A DNA stretch of 24,000 bases, from NCBI GenBank assembly GCA_002774285.1, contig PEYT01000009.1, forward strand, positions 5,883 to 29,882, given 5' to 3'. Numbering within the stretch: the first letter of the stretch is position 1; each line of letters starts with the position of its first letter. The translations under genes were made by a program, and so were the position numbers. The notes under the pieces are model-generated. The model saw nothing but the letters and a program-made list of their open reading frames with translations. It did no database searches and had not been told where the DNA came from. The DNA is from a candidate division WWE3 bacterium CG08_land_8_20_14_0_20_40_13. GTDB taxonomy: Bacteria > Patescibacteriota > WWE3 > 0-14-0-20-40-13. This document shows positions 7,883 through 16,012 of this stretch, in pieces.

Positions 7883-8326
7883 TTGAATAAAAATTTATCC
7901 TTATCGTCTCTTTCAAATAACCCGCTTGCGGCGATTGTCGCTGGAGTCCTAGTTGTAGTTATGGGTTTTTCGTTGTATTCATTATTTTCAAAAAATCCTC
8001 TAAAATTAGAGGAAGGGAAAATCACAAACGAGGCGGCAAAGACTGTAATTGAAGAACAAAAACCCTCAAAAGTTTTAGGAACCGACGGGGCAGAAACTCC
8101 GAAACGGCCTGTAGCTTGGTTTGCTACCAACTATAAACAAGGGGATATCTTAGGCCAAAAATACGAAGTAAAAGAAGGGGATACATTGTGGGAAATTGCC
8201 GAAGCAAGATATGGATCTGGTTTTGAATGGGGAAAAATCCTTGATGCAAATAGTGGGGATATCGGATGGCTCTCAAACGGCAACCCGTTGATTACTCCCG
8301 GTCAGGTTCTTATACTACCGGATTAG
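7883..8326 (+). CDS. Membrane-anchored LysM-domain protein
   Basis: 147-aa ORF with a TTG start 7 nt after a GGAGGTG SD. N-terminal TM helix (AAIVAGVLVVVMGFSLYSLF). C-terminal LysM motif (YEVKEGDTLWEIAEARYG...ITPGQVLILP). Confidence 0.8.
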   Translation: MNKNLSLSSLSNNPLAAIVAGVLVVVMGFSLYSLFSKNPLKLEEGKITNEAAKTVIEEQKPSKVLGTDGAETPKRPVAWFATNYKQGDILGQKYEVKEGDTLWEIAEARYGSGFEWGKILDANSGDIGWLSNGNPLITPGQVLILPD

Positions 8327-8397
8327 CGCGCTGGCATTTTTCCTTAAATTCCTCTAAACTCCTAATAAGGGGTAGTGTTGGTATTAAATGATAATCC

Positions 8398-8474
<77 letters not shown>

Positions 8475-8521
8475 TTGTACTGGGTGCCGGCTACGAATTG
8501 GTAGTTATTAAAACGATCGTC

Positions 8522-8591
8522 ATTCTGGCAAATCCCGACCTTAAGTCGGGATGCATCCAGAATCTTCATGAAGACTCTGGGCAAGCCAGAG
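8522..8591 (+). other. Cluster of nested and mutually exclusive hairpins (candidate structured RNA or leader)
   Basis: ATTCTGG (8522-8528) pairs with CCAGAAT (8557-8563) and encloses ATCCCGAC/GTCGGGAT (8532-8539 / 8545-8552). CCAGAATCTTCA (8557-8568) pairs with TGAAGACTCTGG (8569-8580) with one mismatch. CTCTGG (8575-8580) pairs with CCAGAG (8586-8591). Confidence 0.5.
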
Positions 8592-8676
8592 TGACGAATA
8601 GGATATTTACACAACGATATTTTATTAATATAGTCCAATCTTGTTTCACGCGAGACAAACAAAACCAAACTAATCT

Positions 8677-9196
8677 ATGAATACAATAAATGTAAGACTA
8701 GCCACGAAAGAAGATTCTCCTCAAATAGCAAAAATTCATGTTATTACATGGCAATACGCTTATAGAAGACAACTACCAGATTCGTATTTGGGATAGCTTG
8801 TCGATAGATCAAAGAGCAAAACGGTGGGAAGAAACTTTCTCAAAACCTAAAAAGGATACTCATGTTTTTGTTGCCGAAATAGACAGGGAAATAGTGGGTT
8901 TTTGTAGTGTTGGTCCTTGCCGAGACAACGACATGGATAAACACACTAGTGAACTTTGGGCAATTTATGTAGACCCCAAATCAATGAATAAAGGTATTGG
9001 TTCCGCCTTACACGAGCACGGGTTGAATTATTTAAGAGGATCGTGTTACAAAAAAGCTATCTTATGGGTTCTAACTTCAAATGAAAAAACTAGAAAATGG
9101 TACGGAGGTAGAGGGTGGGTTGTCAAAGGAAAAACAAAAATCGACCAAAGAGAAGATTTTCAATTGCACGAAACTCGTTATGTAATAAACTTATAA
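8677..9196 (+). pseudogene. GNAT-family N-acetyltransferase disrupted by a 1-nt frameshift
   Basis: ATG 8677 gives MNTINVRLATKEDSPQIAKIHVITWQYAYRRQLPDSYLG then stop at 8794-8796. The +1 frame continues DSLSIDQRAKRWEE...EIVGFCSVGP...MNKGIGSAL (acetyl-CoA binding region) to 9196. One extra G in the GGG run at 8790-8792 explains the break. Confidence 0.75.
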
Positions 9197-9207
9197 CTGA
9201 AACAGTT

Positions 9208-9244
9208 GAATTCGGGTTTCACCCTTTAGGGTGAAACCCGGATC
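9208..9244 (+). other. Very stable stem-loop between the GNAT and DUF218 genes (possible U-tract-less terminator or translational occluder)
   Basis: CGGGTTTCACCC (9213-9224), loop TTTA, GGGTGAAACCCG (9229-9240): a 12-bp perfect stem extendable by about 3 pairs. No T-run follows. It ends 5 nt before ATG 9246. Confidence 0.5.
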
Positions 9245-9245
9245 A

Positions 9246-9896
9246 ATGAAAATGAAAACTACCTCAACAGACGAATTAGCAAAAATACTTTGGAACTACA
9301 ATAATCTTAAACAAGAACTTGTAATATCTGACGCCATATTAGTACTTGGTAGTAACGATATAAGAATTGCAAGATATGGGGCTGAATTGTTTTTTCAAAA
9401 ATATGCCCCAATAATTATATTTTCTGGTGGTTTTGGTGCTTTAACGAAATACCTTTTTGATAAACCTGAGGCAGAAATCTTTGCGGCCGAAGCTATTAAG
9501 CTTGGCGTACCAGAAGATAGGATTTTTATTGAAAACCAGTCAACCAATACAGGTGATAACATTATCAAATCTAAAAAATTAATTCGGGATAATAATATGG
9601 CTATATCGTCTTTTATTGTTGTACAGAAGCCATACATGCTTAGGCAAGCCTACGCTACTTTCATGAAATAATGGCCTGAAAAATATATAGTTGTATCGGG
9701 ACCCAAGATAAGCTATGAATCTTATCCAGACAATATAATTACAAAGGAATTACTAATAAATCTACTCGTCGGGGATACACAAAGGATTAGGATTTATCCA
9801 GAAAGGGGGTTTCAAATATCTCAGGATATTCCTGATAAAGTTTGGTCTGCTTATCAAGAATTGGTCAAGAGAGGTTTTACAAAACATTTGGTGTAG
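9246..9896 (+). pseudogene. DUF218 / YdcF-like protein interrupted by an in-frame TAA
   Basis: The ORF to 9671 shows ILVLGSND...IIFSGGFG...ENQSTNTGDNI...VVQKPYMLRQAYATFMK, then TAA at 9669-9671. The same frame continues WPEKYIVVSGPKISYESYPD...LVGDTQRIRIYPERGFQISQDIPDKVWSAYQELVKRGFTKHLV to TAG 9894-9896. Family members normally carry this C-terminal half. Confidence 0.7.
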
Positions 9897-9908
9897 ATTG
9901 GTGTAGAT
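9889..9908 (+). repeat. Perfect tandem duplication, 2 x TGGTGTAGAT
   Basis: Bases 9889-9898 and 9899-9908 are identical. The first copy contains the TAG stop of the DUF218 reading frame. Confidence 0.8.
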
Positions 9909-9959
9909 AGGACACTGCGGTTGTTCCTTTGGATTTGGTATGAGAAAATGAAACGATGT

Positions 9960-10046
9960 GCCGCGGTGGCGAAACTGGCAGACGCGTATGGCTTAGAACT
10001 ATATGAGGTAAAACTCTTGGGAGTTCGACTCTCCCCCGCGGCACCA
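9960..10046 (+). tRNA. tRNA-Leu (anticodon TAG), class II with long variable arm, CCA encoded
   Basis: Manual fold. Acceptor GCCGCGG/CCGCGGC, D arm GCG-AAACTGGCAGA-CGC, anticodon arm TATGG-CTTAGAA-CTATA, long variable arm TGAGGTAAAACTCTT, T arm GGGAG-TTCGACT-CTCCC, discriminator A, CCA. Confidence 0.9.
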
Positions 10047-10054
10047 CTACTTTT

Positions 10055-10585
10055 ATGGAAAACTATAAGAGGTTAAACACATATGTTTTGGCCACCGTAA
10101 TTTTTGATCTAACCGATTCTTTTTGCAAAAAATATATTTCCTACAAATCCCGCACCAATGATCAAATGGTACAAGCGGCAAGAAGCGGAAAACAAAACAT
10201 TGCCGAAGGATATAGTCTTGCCAGCACTGAAGGGTATATAAAGCTACTTGGTGTAGCAAAAGCCTCTTTTAAGGAGCTATCTGCCGATTACGAAGATTAT
10301 CTAAGACAAAACAAACTAACTATTTGGATAAAAGACGATCCAAGAATTAGGGCTTTTAGGGATTTTAGGGCATCTTGGATTGATTCAGAAGGGAATTACC
10401 CCAATACCCCAAAAATCCCAAACAGCCCAGAAGAATTTGCAAATATGCTCTTAACTTTTTGTCAAATGGAAACATATATGTTGTACAAACAAGGATTGGC
10501 CCTAGAAGAAAAATTTGTAAAAGAGGGTGGTTTCTCGGAAAATTTATTTAAGAAAAGACTGGCACGTAAATACTCCTCGTTTTAG
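10055..10585 (+). CDS. Four-helix-bundle protein (23S rRNA intervening-sequence protein family) with a C-terminal suffix domain
   Basis: 176-aa ORF. The N-terminal part resembles the family (YKRL..L...IFDLT..F...Y...DQMVQAARSGKQNIAEGYS). The C-terminal FVKEGGFSENLFKKRL resembles the suffix domain seen in a subset of the family. Assigned from memory of the families, not by search. Confidence 0.7.
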   Translation: MENYKRLNTYVLATVIFDLTDSFCKKYISYKSRTNDQMVQAARSGKQNIAEGYSLASTEGYIKLLGVAKASFKELSADYEDYLRQNKLTIWIKDDPRIRAFRDFRASWIDSEGNYPNTPKIPNSPEEFANMLLTFCQMETYMLYKQGLALEEKFVKEGGFSENLFKKRLARKYSSF

Positions 10586-10616
10586 TAAGCGTATTCGTGA
10601 TAAAATCACCTATCGT

Positions 10617-11672
10617 ATGAAAATAAACAAAAAACTCTTATTACTTTTAATCCCAGTCGCCATCATCGGATTTATTATTAATAAATCCAAAAGCGATGGA
10701 ATACCTGTAACAACAACCGAGGTCAAAAGAGGAGAAGTAAAACAAACGGTCTCAGCATCGGGCGAAATTAATTCTAACCAAACCGCCTCTTTAAGCTTTC
10801 CATCAGGCGCCCAAATAACAGAAGTTACAGTTAAGGAAGGAGATACCGTTTCTAAATCTCAGATTCTCGTAAAGGGAAATTCCATAAGCGAATACAACAC
10901 CTATGCTCAAAACCTAAACGCCCTATCGCAGGCTAAATCCAATTTAGAAACATTTAAGGAACAGTACAAAGCGGATCCTGACGCGGTAAGTGTTTACAAT
11001 GACAATATCTACTGGGAAAAATACAACTACTATCAAAAAGCCGTTAATTCGGCAGAGGCGCAGGTCTTTATATCTCAAAAATCTTTAAGTGATAAAGTGA
11101 TTAATGCTCCTTTTGACGGAATTGTTACCAAAATCTACTTTAAGATCTCCGAGCAAGCCACGGCCTCCAGCCCTGTTATTGTTATTTCAAATCCTAAAGA
11201 TTTATATTTTCTAGCGGAAATTGATGAGGCAGATTATGGAAAAATCGCCCTAGAACAATCCACAATTATCGATCTTGATAGTTTTGTAAGAACTCCATTT
11301 CAAGGAAAGGTGTCGGAGCTTGCTAAATTTGCCCAAAAAAACTTAGCAGGAAATACGGTTTTTAAGATCAAGATTGGCCTACCTCTATCGTTATCGGACA
11401 AAGCGGTTATCGGAATGCATGGGGATATTGAAATTTCAACTAATACAAAAACCGCGGTCCTATTTTTGGATTCGTCCGCAATTACCTCAGAGGAAGATAG
11501 CAGATTCGTCTTTAAGCTAATGTCCGGAAAGGCCATAAAAAACAATATAACTGTTGGTTTAGAAACAGATTTGGATACTGAAATAATAAGTGGTATATCC
11601 GAAGGGGATACGATAATTTTCCCAAAGAACGGAACGATAAAAGATGGTACGCAAGTTTCAGTAATCAAGTAG
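10617..11672 (+). CDS. HlyD/MacA-type efflux periplasmic adaptor (membrane fusion protein)
   Basis: I place the start at ATG 10617 (MKINKKLLLLLIPVAIIGFII signal anchor). Lipoyl-like hairpin halves (VKEGDTVSKSQILV ... INAPFDGIVTKI) flank a coiled-coil segment. Sits directly upstream of the ABC ATPase and FtsX-type permease. Confidence 0.8.
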   Translation: MKINKKLLLLLIPVAIIGFIINKSKSDGIPVTTTEVKRGEVKQTVSASGEINSNQTASLSFPSGAQITEVTVKEGDTVSKSQILVKGNSISEYNTYAQNLNALSQAKSNLETFKEQYKADPDAVSVYNDNIYWEKYNYYQKAVNSAEAQVFISQKSLSDKVINAPFDGIVTKIYFKISEQATASSPVIVISNPKDLYFLAEIDEADYGKIALEQSTIIDLDSFVRTPFQGKVSELAKFAQKNLAGNTVFKIKIGLPLSLSDKAVIGMHGDIEISTNTKTAVLFLDSSAITSEEDSRFVFKLMSGKAIKNNITVGLETDLDTEIISGISEGDTIIFPKNGTIKDGTQVSVIK

Positions 11673-11686
11673 ATTCCTCACCAAAC

Positions 11687-12361
11687 ATGGTAAAAGCTGT
11701 TGTCGAAGTTAATAATATATCCAAAGTATATAAAATGGAGGAGGTGGAAGTGCCTGCGTTAATGAATGTTTCCTTAACAATAAAGACGGGCGAGTTTGTT
11801 TCTATTGTAGGAAAATCCGGATCGGGGAAATCTACATTGATGCACATAATCGGCGCTTTGGATAGACCGACTACAGGATCGGTAGTTGTTAACGGCAGAG
11901 ATATTTCCAAAATGAACGAGGCCCAACTTGCATCTTTACGCAATAAAGAAATTGGGTTTGTTTTTCAGGCTTTTAACTTGTTAAAAAGAACGACCGCGCT
12001 GGATAATGTAGAACTCCCTTTGATCTATGCGAATATCCACGAAAAAGAGAGAATAAAAAAAGCTAAGGAGATGCTTATCAAGGTTGGGCTTGAAGATAGG
12101 ATGCATCATTTACCAAATCAATTATCTGGGGGTCAACAACAAAGGGTGGCAATAGCTCGCGCTTTAATTAATGACCCATCTATAATTTTGGCAGACGAGC
12201 CAACGGGAAATCTGGATTCAAAATCAGGAAGGGCTATTTTAGATATCCTTGAAAATCTAAATAGGGAGGGAAAAACAGTAATCATAGTTACACACGATAT
12301 GGAAGTTGCCCGTGAGGCTAAAAGAATTATTAAAATCGTTGACGGCCGAATAACCTCGTAG
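11687..12361 (+). CDS. ABC transporter ATP-binding protein, MacB/LolD/FtsE-like
   Basis: Walker A GKSGSGKST, Q-loop, signature LSGGQQQRVAIARAL, Walker B ILADEPTGNLD, H-loop VTHD. Confidence 0.92.
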   Translation: MVKAVVEVNNISKVYKMEEVEVPALMNVSLTIKTGEFVSIVGKSGSGKSTLMHIIGALDRPTTGSVVVNGRDISKMNEAQLASLRNKEIGFVFQAFNLLKRTTALDNVELPLIYANIHEKERIKKAKEMLIKVGLEDRMHHLPNQLSGGQQQRVAIARALINDPSIILADEPTGNLDSKSGRAILDILENLNREGKTVIIVTHDMEVAREAKRIIKIVDGRITS

Positions 12362-12416
12362 CGTTATCAATGACAGGATTCTCCCTTGTTGCATGGGAAG
12401 ATCCCGAATTAATATC

Positions 12417-13613
12417 ATGGCACTTCTTAAATTTGAAACACACAAAATCGCGATACGGGCGATATTTGCCAACAAGGTTAGATCTTTTTTAACTATGCTC
12501 GGCGTTATTATTGGCGTTTCTTCCGTAATTCTTCTAGTTGCCATTGGTTCTGGGTTACAAGAATATATTACCGGCCAGTTTAAAGATTTAGGGTCTAATT
12601 CTCTTTTTGTTGTCCCCGGTAGTCAAGGATTTCAGGGTGATCCGGGGTCCGCTTTTGCCAACAATAAATTATCAGACACGGAATATAAGAATCTCATAAG
12701 TTATCTGGGAGACGGTATAGAAACTAGCCTCGTTGTAGAGGGTAGTAAACAGGCAAAATATACTAACAACACGAAGCTGATTCAGATTAACGGGGTGGAC
12801 AGTAATTATTTTAGGCTGGCAAATTACACATTATCTGAGGGAGAAAAGATTACCCAAAACGATATCGCAGGAACCACAAAGGTGGGTGTTGTTGGCCCAA
12901 CTGCCGTTAAGGAATTATTCTCCGGATCTAGTCCCCTAGGAAAATATCTAACCATGGGATCAGAAAGAATAAAAATCATAGGTGTTTACAATTCAAAAGG
13001 TGGTTTTGGCGGCGTAGACCGCGACAATCAGATATTTATTCCATACACCGTAGCTAAAAAATACTTTGGGCTGGAACGGCCAAGTACCTTTTACTTATCA
13101 ATTCCGGATTCTGTTGATAAGGATGTTGCCACAAAACAGATAAAAACTGTTTTATTAAAAACCTTAAAAGCTGAGGATTTTAGCGTAGTTTCACAAAAGG
13201 AACTCTTAAATTCCATAACAGGGATTTTAAACGCGTTGACCTTAGGACTTGCTGGAATCGCCGCAATTTCGCTACTTGTCGGGGGAATTGGAATTATGAA
13301 TATTATGCTCGTATCCGTAACAGAACGAACAAGGGAAATAGGGCTTAGAAAAGCGGTTGGGGCAAAGCCGATCGACATTTTATTGCAGTTTTTAATAGAG
13401 GCTGTGGCATTAAGCAGTCTTGGAGGAATTATCGGAATACTTCTAGGAGCTCTGGGATCACTGGGGCTAAAAAGTTTTATTAATACTTCAATTACTCCAT
13501 GGTCTGTTATAATAGCCTTTGGATTTTCCGCCTTTGTTGGCGTAGCCTTTGGAACATGGCCTGCTTACAAAGCGGCTAAAAAAGATCCGATAGAAGCATT
13601 GAGATATGAATGA
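12417..13613 (+). CDS. ABC transporter permease, MacB/FtsX type
   Basis: I prefer the start at ATG 12417 (MALLKFETHKIAIRAIFANKVRSFLTMLGVIIGV, typical N-terminal spacing). The track start 12393 is possible. It has a large extracytoplasmic loop and a C-terminal FtsX region (ERTREIGLRKAVGAK ... AYKAAKKDPIEALRYE). Confidence 0.85.
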   Translation: MALLKFETHKIAIRAIFANKVRSFLTMLGVIIGVSSVILLVAIGSGLQEYITGQFKDLGSNSLFVVPGSQGFQGDPGSAFANNKLSDTEYKNLISYLGDGIETSLVVEGSKQAKYTNNTKLIQINGVDSNYFRLANYTLSEGEKITQNDIAGTTKVGVVGPTAVKELFSGSSPLGKYLTMGSERIKIIGVYNSKGGFGGVDRDNQIFIPYTVAKKYFGLERPSTFYLSIPDSVDKDVATKQIKTVLLKTLKAEDFSVVSQKELLNSITGILNALTLGLAGIAAISLLVGGIGIMNIMLVSVTERTREIGLRKAVGAKPIDILLQFLIEAVALSSLGGIIGILLGALGSLGLKSFINTSITPWSVIIAFGFSAFVGVAFGTWPAYKAAKKDPIEALRYE

Positions 13614-13666
13614 GAAAAAGGGATAGCACCCTACCGGATACTACCCCATATTAAGTGAATAAATTT

Positions 13667-14515
13667 ATGACAACACAGATAGAAAAACTGCCAGCAAAAA
13701 CCTACAAACTTACAATAACAATTCCACAAGAAGATGTTAATTCTGCTTTCCAAATTGCCCTAACCACCTTAACATCCCAAATAAAAATTGATGGTTTCCG
13801 CCCCGGCATGGTACCAACCAACCTTGTAGAAGATAAAATTGACCAAGGAAAAATTAATGGGGAAGTGGTAAACATTTTAGTTCCCAGCGCGGTTTCTGGG
13901 GCTATTAAGGAGCACCATCTTAACCCAATTGTCTCTCCAAAAACCACGCTTAAACAACTTGAAAAAAGCAAGGACTGTGTTATAGAAACAACTATTATCG
14001 AATATCCAGAAATAACGCTTGGTAATTACAAAGAAGCTATTTCTTTATTATCTTCATCAAATAAGACCAATGGTACAAATACTACTAATAAAACTAATTC
14101 CTCTTCCGATATCACCAAACCCTTGCTAGAAACCACCACCATCGAAATCTCCCAATCTCTTGTGGAAGAAGAGGTCTCTCGGATGTTTATGCAACTTATG
14201 AACCAAACAGCAAAAATGGGAATAACAATAGACGATTACCTAAGATCAATAAACAAATCGTTAGACCAAATTAAAGACGACTACAAAAAATCGGCGGAAG
14301 AAAACCTAAAGTTGGAATTTATCCTAAACGAAATTGCAAAGAAAGAAAATATAGTAATAACAGATACCGAAATCCAAGCCGCAATAAACGCCAGCCCCGA
14401 CGCAAACGCAAAAAAAGAATTAAGTAAAGAGGAAAATAAATGGTATATCAGATCCGTGTTATTAAAAAATAAAGTTCTTGGCGAATTATCTAAAATAGGG
14501 GGCGGTACCCAATAG
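13667..14515 (+). CDS. tig: Trigger factor lacking the PPIase domain
   Basis: I place the start at ATG 13667 (MTTQIEKL); the track GTG 13655 is an alternative. It has the ribosome-binding signature GFRPGMVP and a C-terminal arm domain. The middle is replaced by an N/T/S-rich linker. It lies upstream of clpP, as in the classic tig-clpP arrangement. Confidence 0.8.
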   Translation: MTTQIEKLPAKTYKLTITIPQEDVNSAFQIALTTLTSQIKIDGFRPGMVPTNLVEDKIDQGKINGEVVNILVPSAVSGAIKEHHLNPIVSPKTTLKQLEKSKDCVIETTIIEYPEITLGNYKEAISLLSSSNKTNGTNTTNKTNSSSDITKPLLETTTIEISQSLVEEEVSRMFMQLMNQTAKMGITIDDYLRSINKSLDQIKDDYKKSAEENLKLEFILNEIAKKENIVITDTEIQAAINASPDANAKKELSKEENKWYIRSVLLKNKVLGELSKIGGGTQ

Positions 14516-14562
14516 GGTACTATCCCATTTCATGTTTTAGACAAATTAGTTAAAATATACCT

Positions 14563-15147
14563 ATGACCAACCAATTAATACCATTTGTTATAGAAAAAGA
14601 CCCTAAAGGTAATGAGAGAAGTTACGACATTTATTCCCGTCTATTAAAAGACCGAATTGTTTTTATATCAGGTGGGATCAATGATGCTGTAGCAAATACT
14701 GTTATCGCGCAGTTACTATTTTTGCAAGCAGAGGACGAATCCAAAGATATTAAAATTTATATTAACAGTCCCGGAGGACAAATTTACGCCGGACTTGCAA
14801 TTTATGACACCATAAAACATCTAAAATGCCCCGTTTCAACGATTGCAGTTGGAATGGCCGCTAGTATGGGATCGGTACTTCTTGCCGCAGGAACCAAAGG
14901 GAAAAGAATGTCTTTACCAAACTCAATAATTCATATTCATCAACCACTAGGACAGGCGGGGGGTCAGGCAAGCGATATTGAAATCGACGCAAGGGAAATT
15001 CTACGACTTAAAGAACTTTTGACAGAGATATTGGTCTTAGAAACCAAACAAGATAAAGAAAAACTAAAAAGAGACATGGACCGCGACTATTATATGACAG
15101 CTCTCCAAGCAAAAGCTTATGGCATTATTGACAAAATAATAGATTAA
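14563..15147 (+). CDS. clpP: ATP-dependent Clp protease proteolytic subunit
   Basis: 194-aa ORF with [20 protein letters not shown], the active-site region [14 protein letters not shown], and IHQP. Confidence 0.95.
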   Translation: MTNQLIPFVIEKDPKGNERSYDIYSRLLKDRIVFISGGINDAVANTVIAQLLFLQAEDESKDIKIYINSPGGQIYAGLAIYDTIKHLKCPVSTIAVGMAASMGSVLLAAGTKGKRMSLPNSIIHIHQPLGQAGGQASDIEIDAREILRLKELLTEILVLETKQDKEKLKRDMDRDYYMTALQAKAYGIIDKIID

Positions 15148-15241
15148 TTTTTTAAAAGGGGGTGTTTTTTATGAAAGGTGGTGTAATTGGAGGAAGTTTT
15201 GATGGAGCTATTGGTGGTCAAAAAGACTAATCTGTAATACT

Positions 15242-16012
15242 ATGAAAATCGTCTCCCCAGATAGTTATACTGTTGCCCTCATGTCCGGCGGTGAAAGCTC
15301 AAGATTTAGGGAAGTACAAGAATCTCAAGGCGTCCACAAAAACTCATTTTCTCTTCCAAACGACGACACGATGATCGAAATGACCATCAGAATGTATCGA
15401 GATTCTGGATTTAAAAACTTTATCGCCCTCGTATACCATGAGGCACAAACCATAATTGAAGTTTTAGGTAACGGTAGTAAACTAGGTGTTTCCGTTAAAT
15501 ACAGTTTTGATCCCACGCAACTGGTAGGAAAAGGCGGAGCTGTTAGAAACGCCTTGGAAAACGGTTCAATTCCCCAAGATAAATACTTGATTGTTCACAA
15601 TCCTGATGATTTGATATTGGATTATCCGGGAAATTTCCCTAATTACATTGTGGCAAAACACGCCGAAGGAGAAATTCGCGGATGTATTTCCACAGTGGTA
15701 GTTGTAACGGAAACACCTTACCCATACACAGGTATGAAAATCGAAGAAGGGCTAGTCACAGAAATAGAAATGTATCCTCCAGTTAAGATCCCAACACATG
15801 TTGGTGTGACCGTGTTTTCTCCAGAAATTTACCCGATTTTTAAACAGGTCTTTGATCTATCCCAAAAAACGGACTTTGAAAAAGTTCTTTTTCCACAACT
15901 TGCCAAACAAAAAAAACTATACTCTGCACCAATTCCCAGTAACTCGTGGCTTGCCGTAAACAATCTTAAAGCTTACAATCAACTTGTCCACTATCTGGAG
16001 ACAAAAAAATGA
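15242..16012 (+). CDS. Divergent sugar-phosphate nucleotidyltransferase-family protein
   Basis: 256-aa ORF. Its N-terminal loop VALMSGGESSRF stands in for the usual LAGGxGTRL. Later family-like blocks include GKGGAVRNAL and IVHNPDDL. No visible SD. The stop overlaps the thrS start (ATGA). Confidence 0.6.
   Translation: MKIVSPDSYTVALMSGGESSRFREVQESQGVHKNSFSLPNDDTMIEMTIRMYRDSGFKNFIALVYHEAQTIIEVLGNGSKLGVSVKYSFDPTQLVGKGGAVRNALENGSIPQDKYLIVHNPDDLILDYPGNFPNYIVAKHAEGEIRGCISTVVVVTETPYPYTGMKIEEGLVTEIEMYPPVKIPTHVGVTVFSPEIYPIFKQVFDLSQKTDFEKVLFPQLAKQKKLYSAPIPSNSWLAVNNLKAYNQLVHYLETKK

Noticed and set aside
8785-8796. Programmed +1 frameshift (prfB-like) in the GNAT gene, since the shift site abuts an in-frame TAG
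   Set aside because: There is no slippery P-site codon (GGA to GAU, or UUG to UGG, would not re-pair) and no upstream SD-like stimulator. A single-base indel in a G run is the simpler explanation.
9669-9671. Stop-codon reassignment or readthrough of TAA
   Set aside because: TAA terminates several conserved genes in this window at the expected positions (polA, gatA, the GNAT ORF). A single nonsense substitution is more parsimonious.
10055-10585. Diversity-generating retroelement, since the four-helix-bundle protein resembles Avd
   Set aside because: There is no reverse transcriptase gene and no template/variable repeat pair anywhere in the window.
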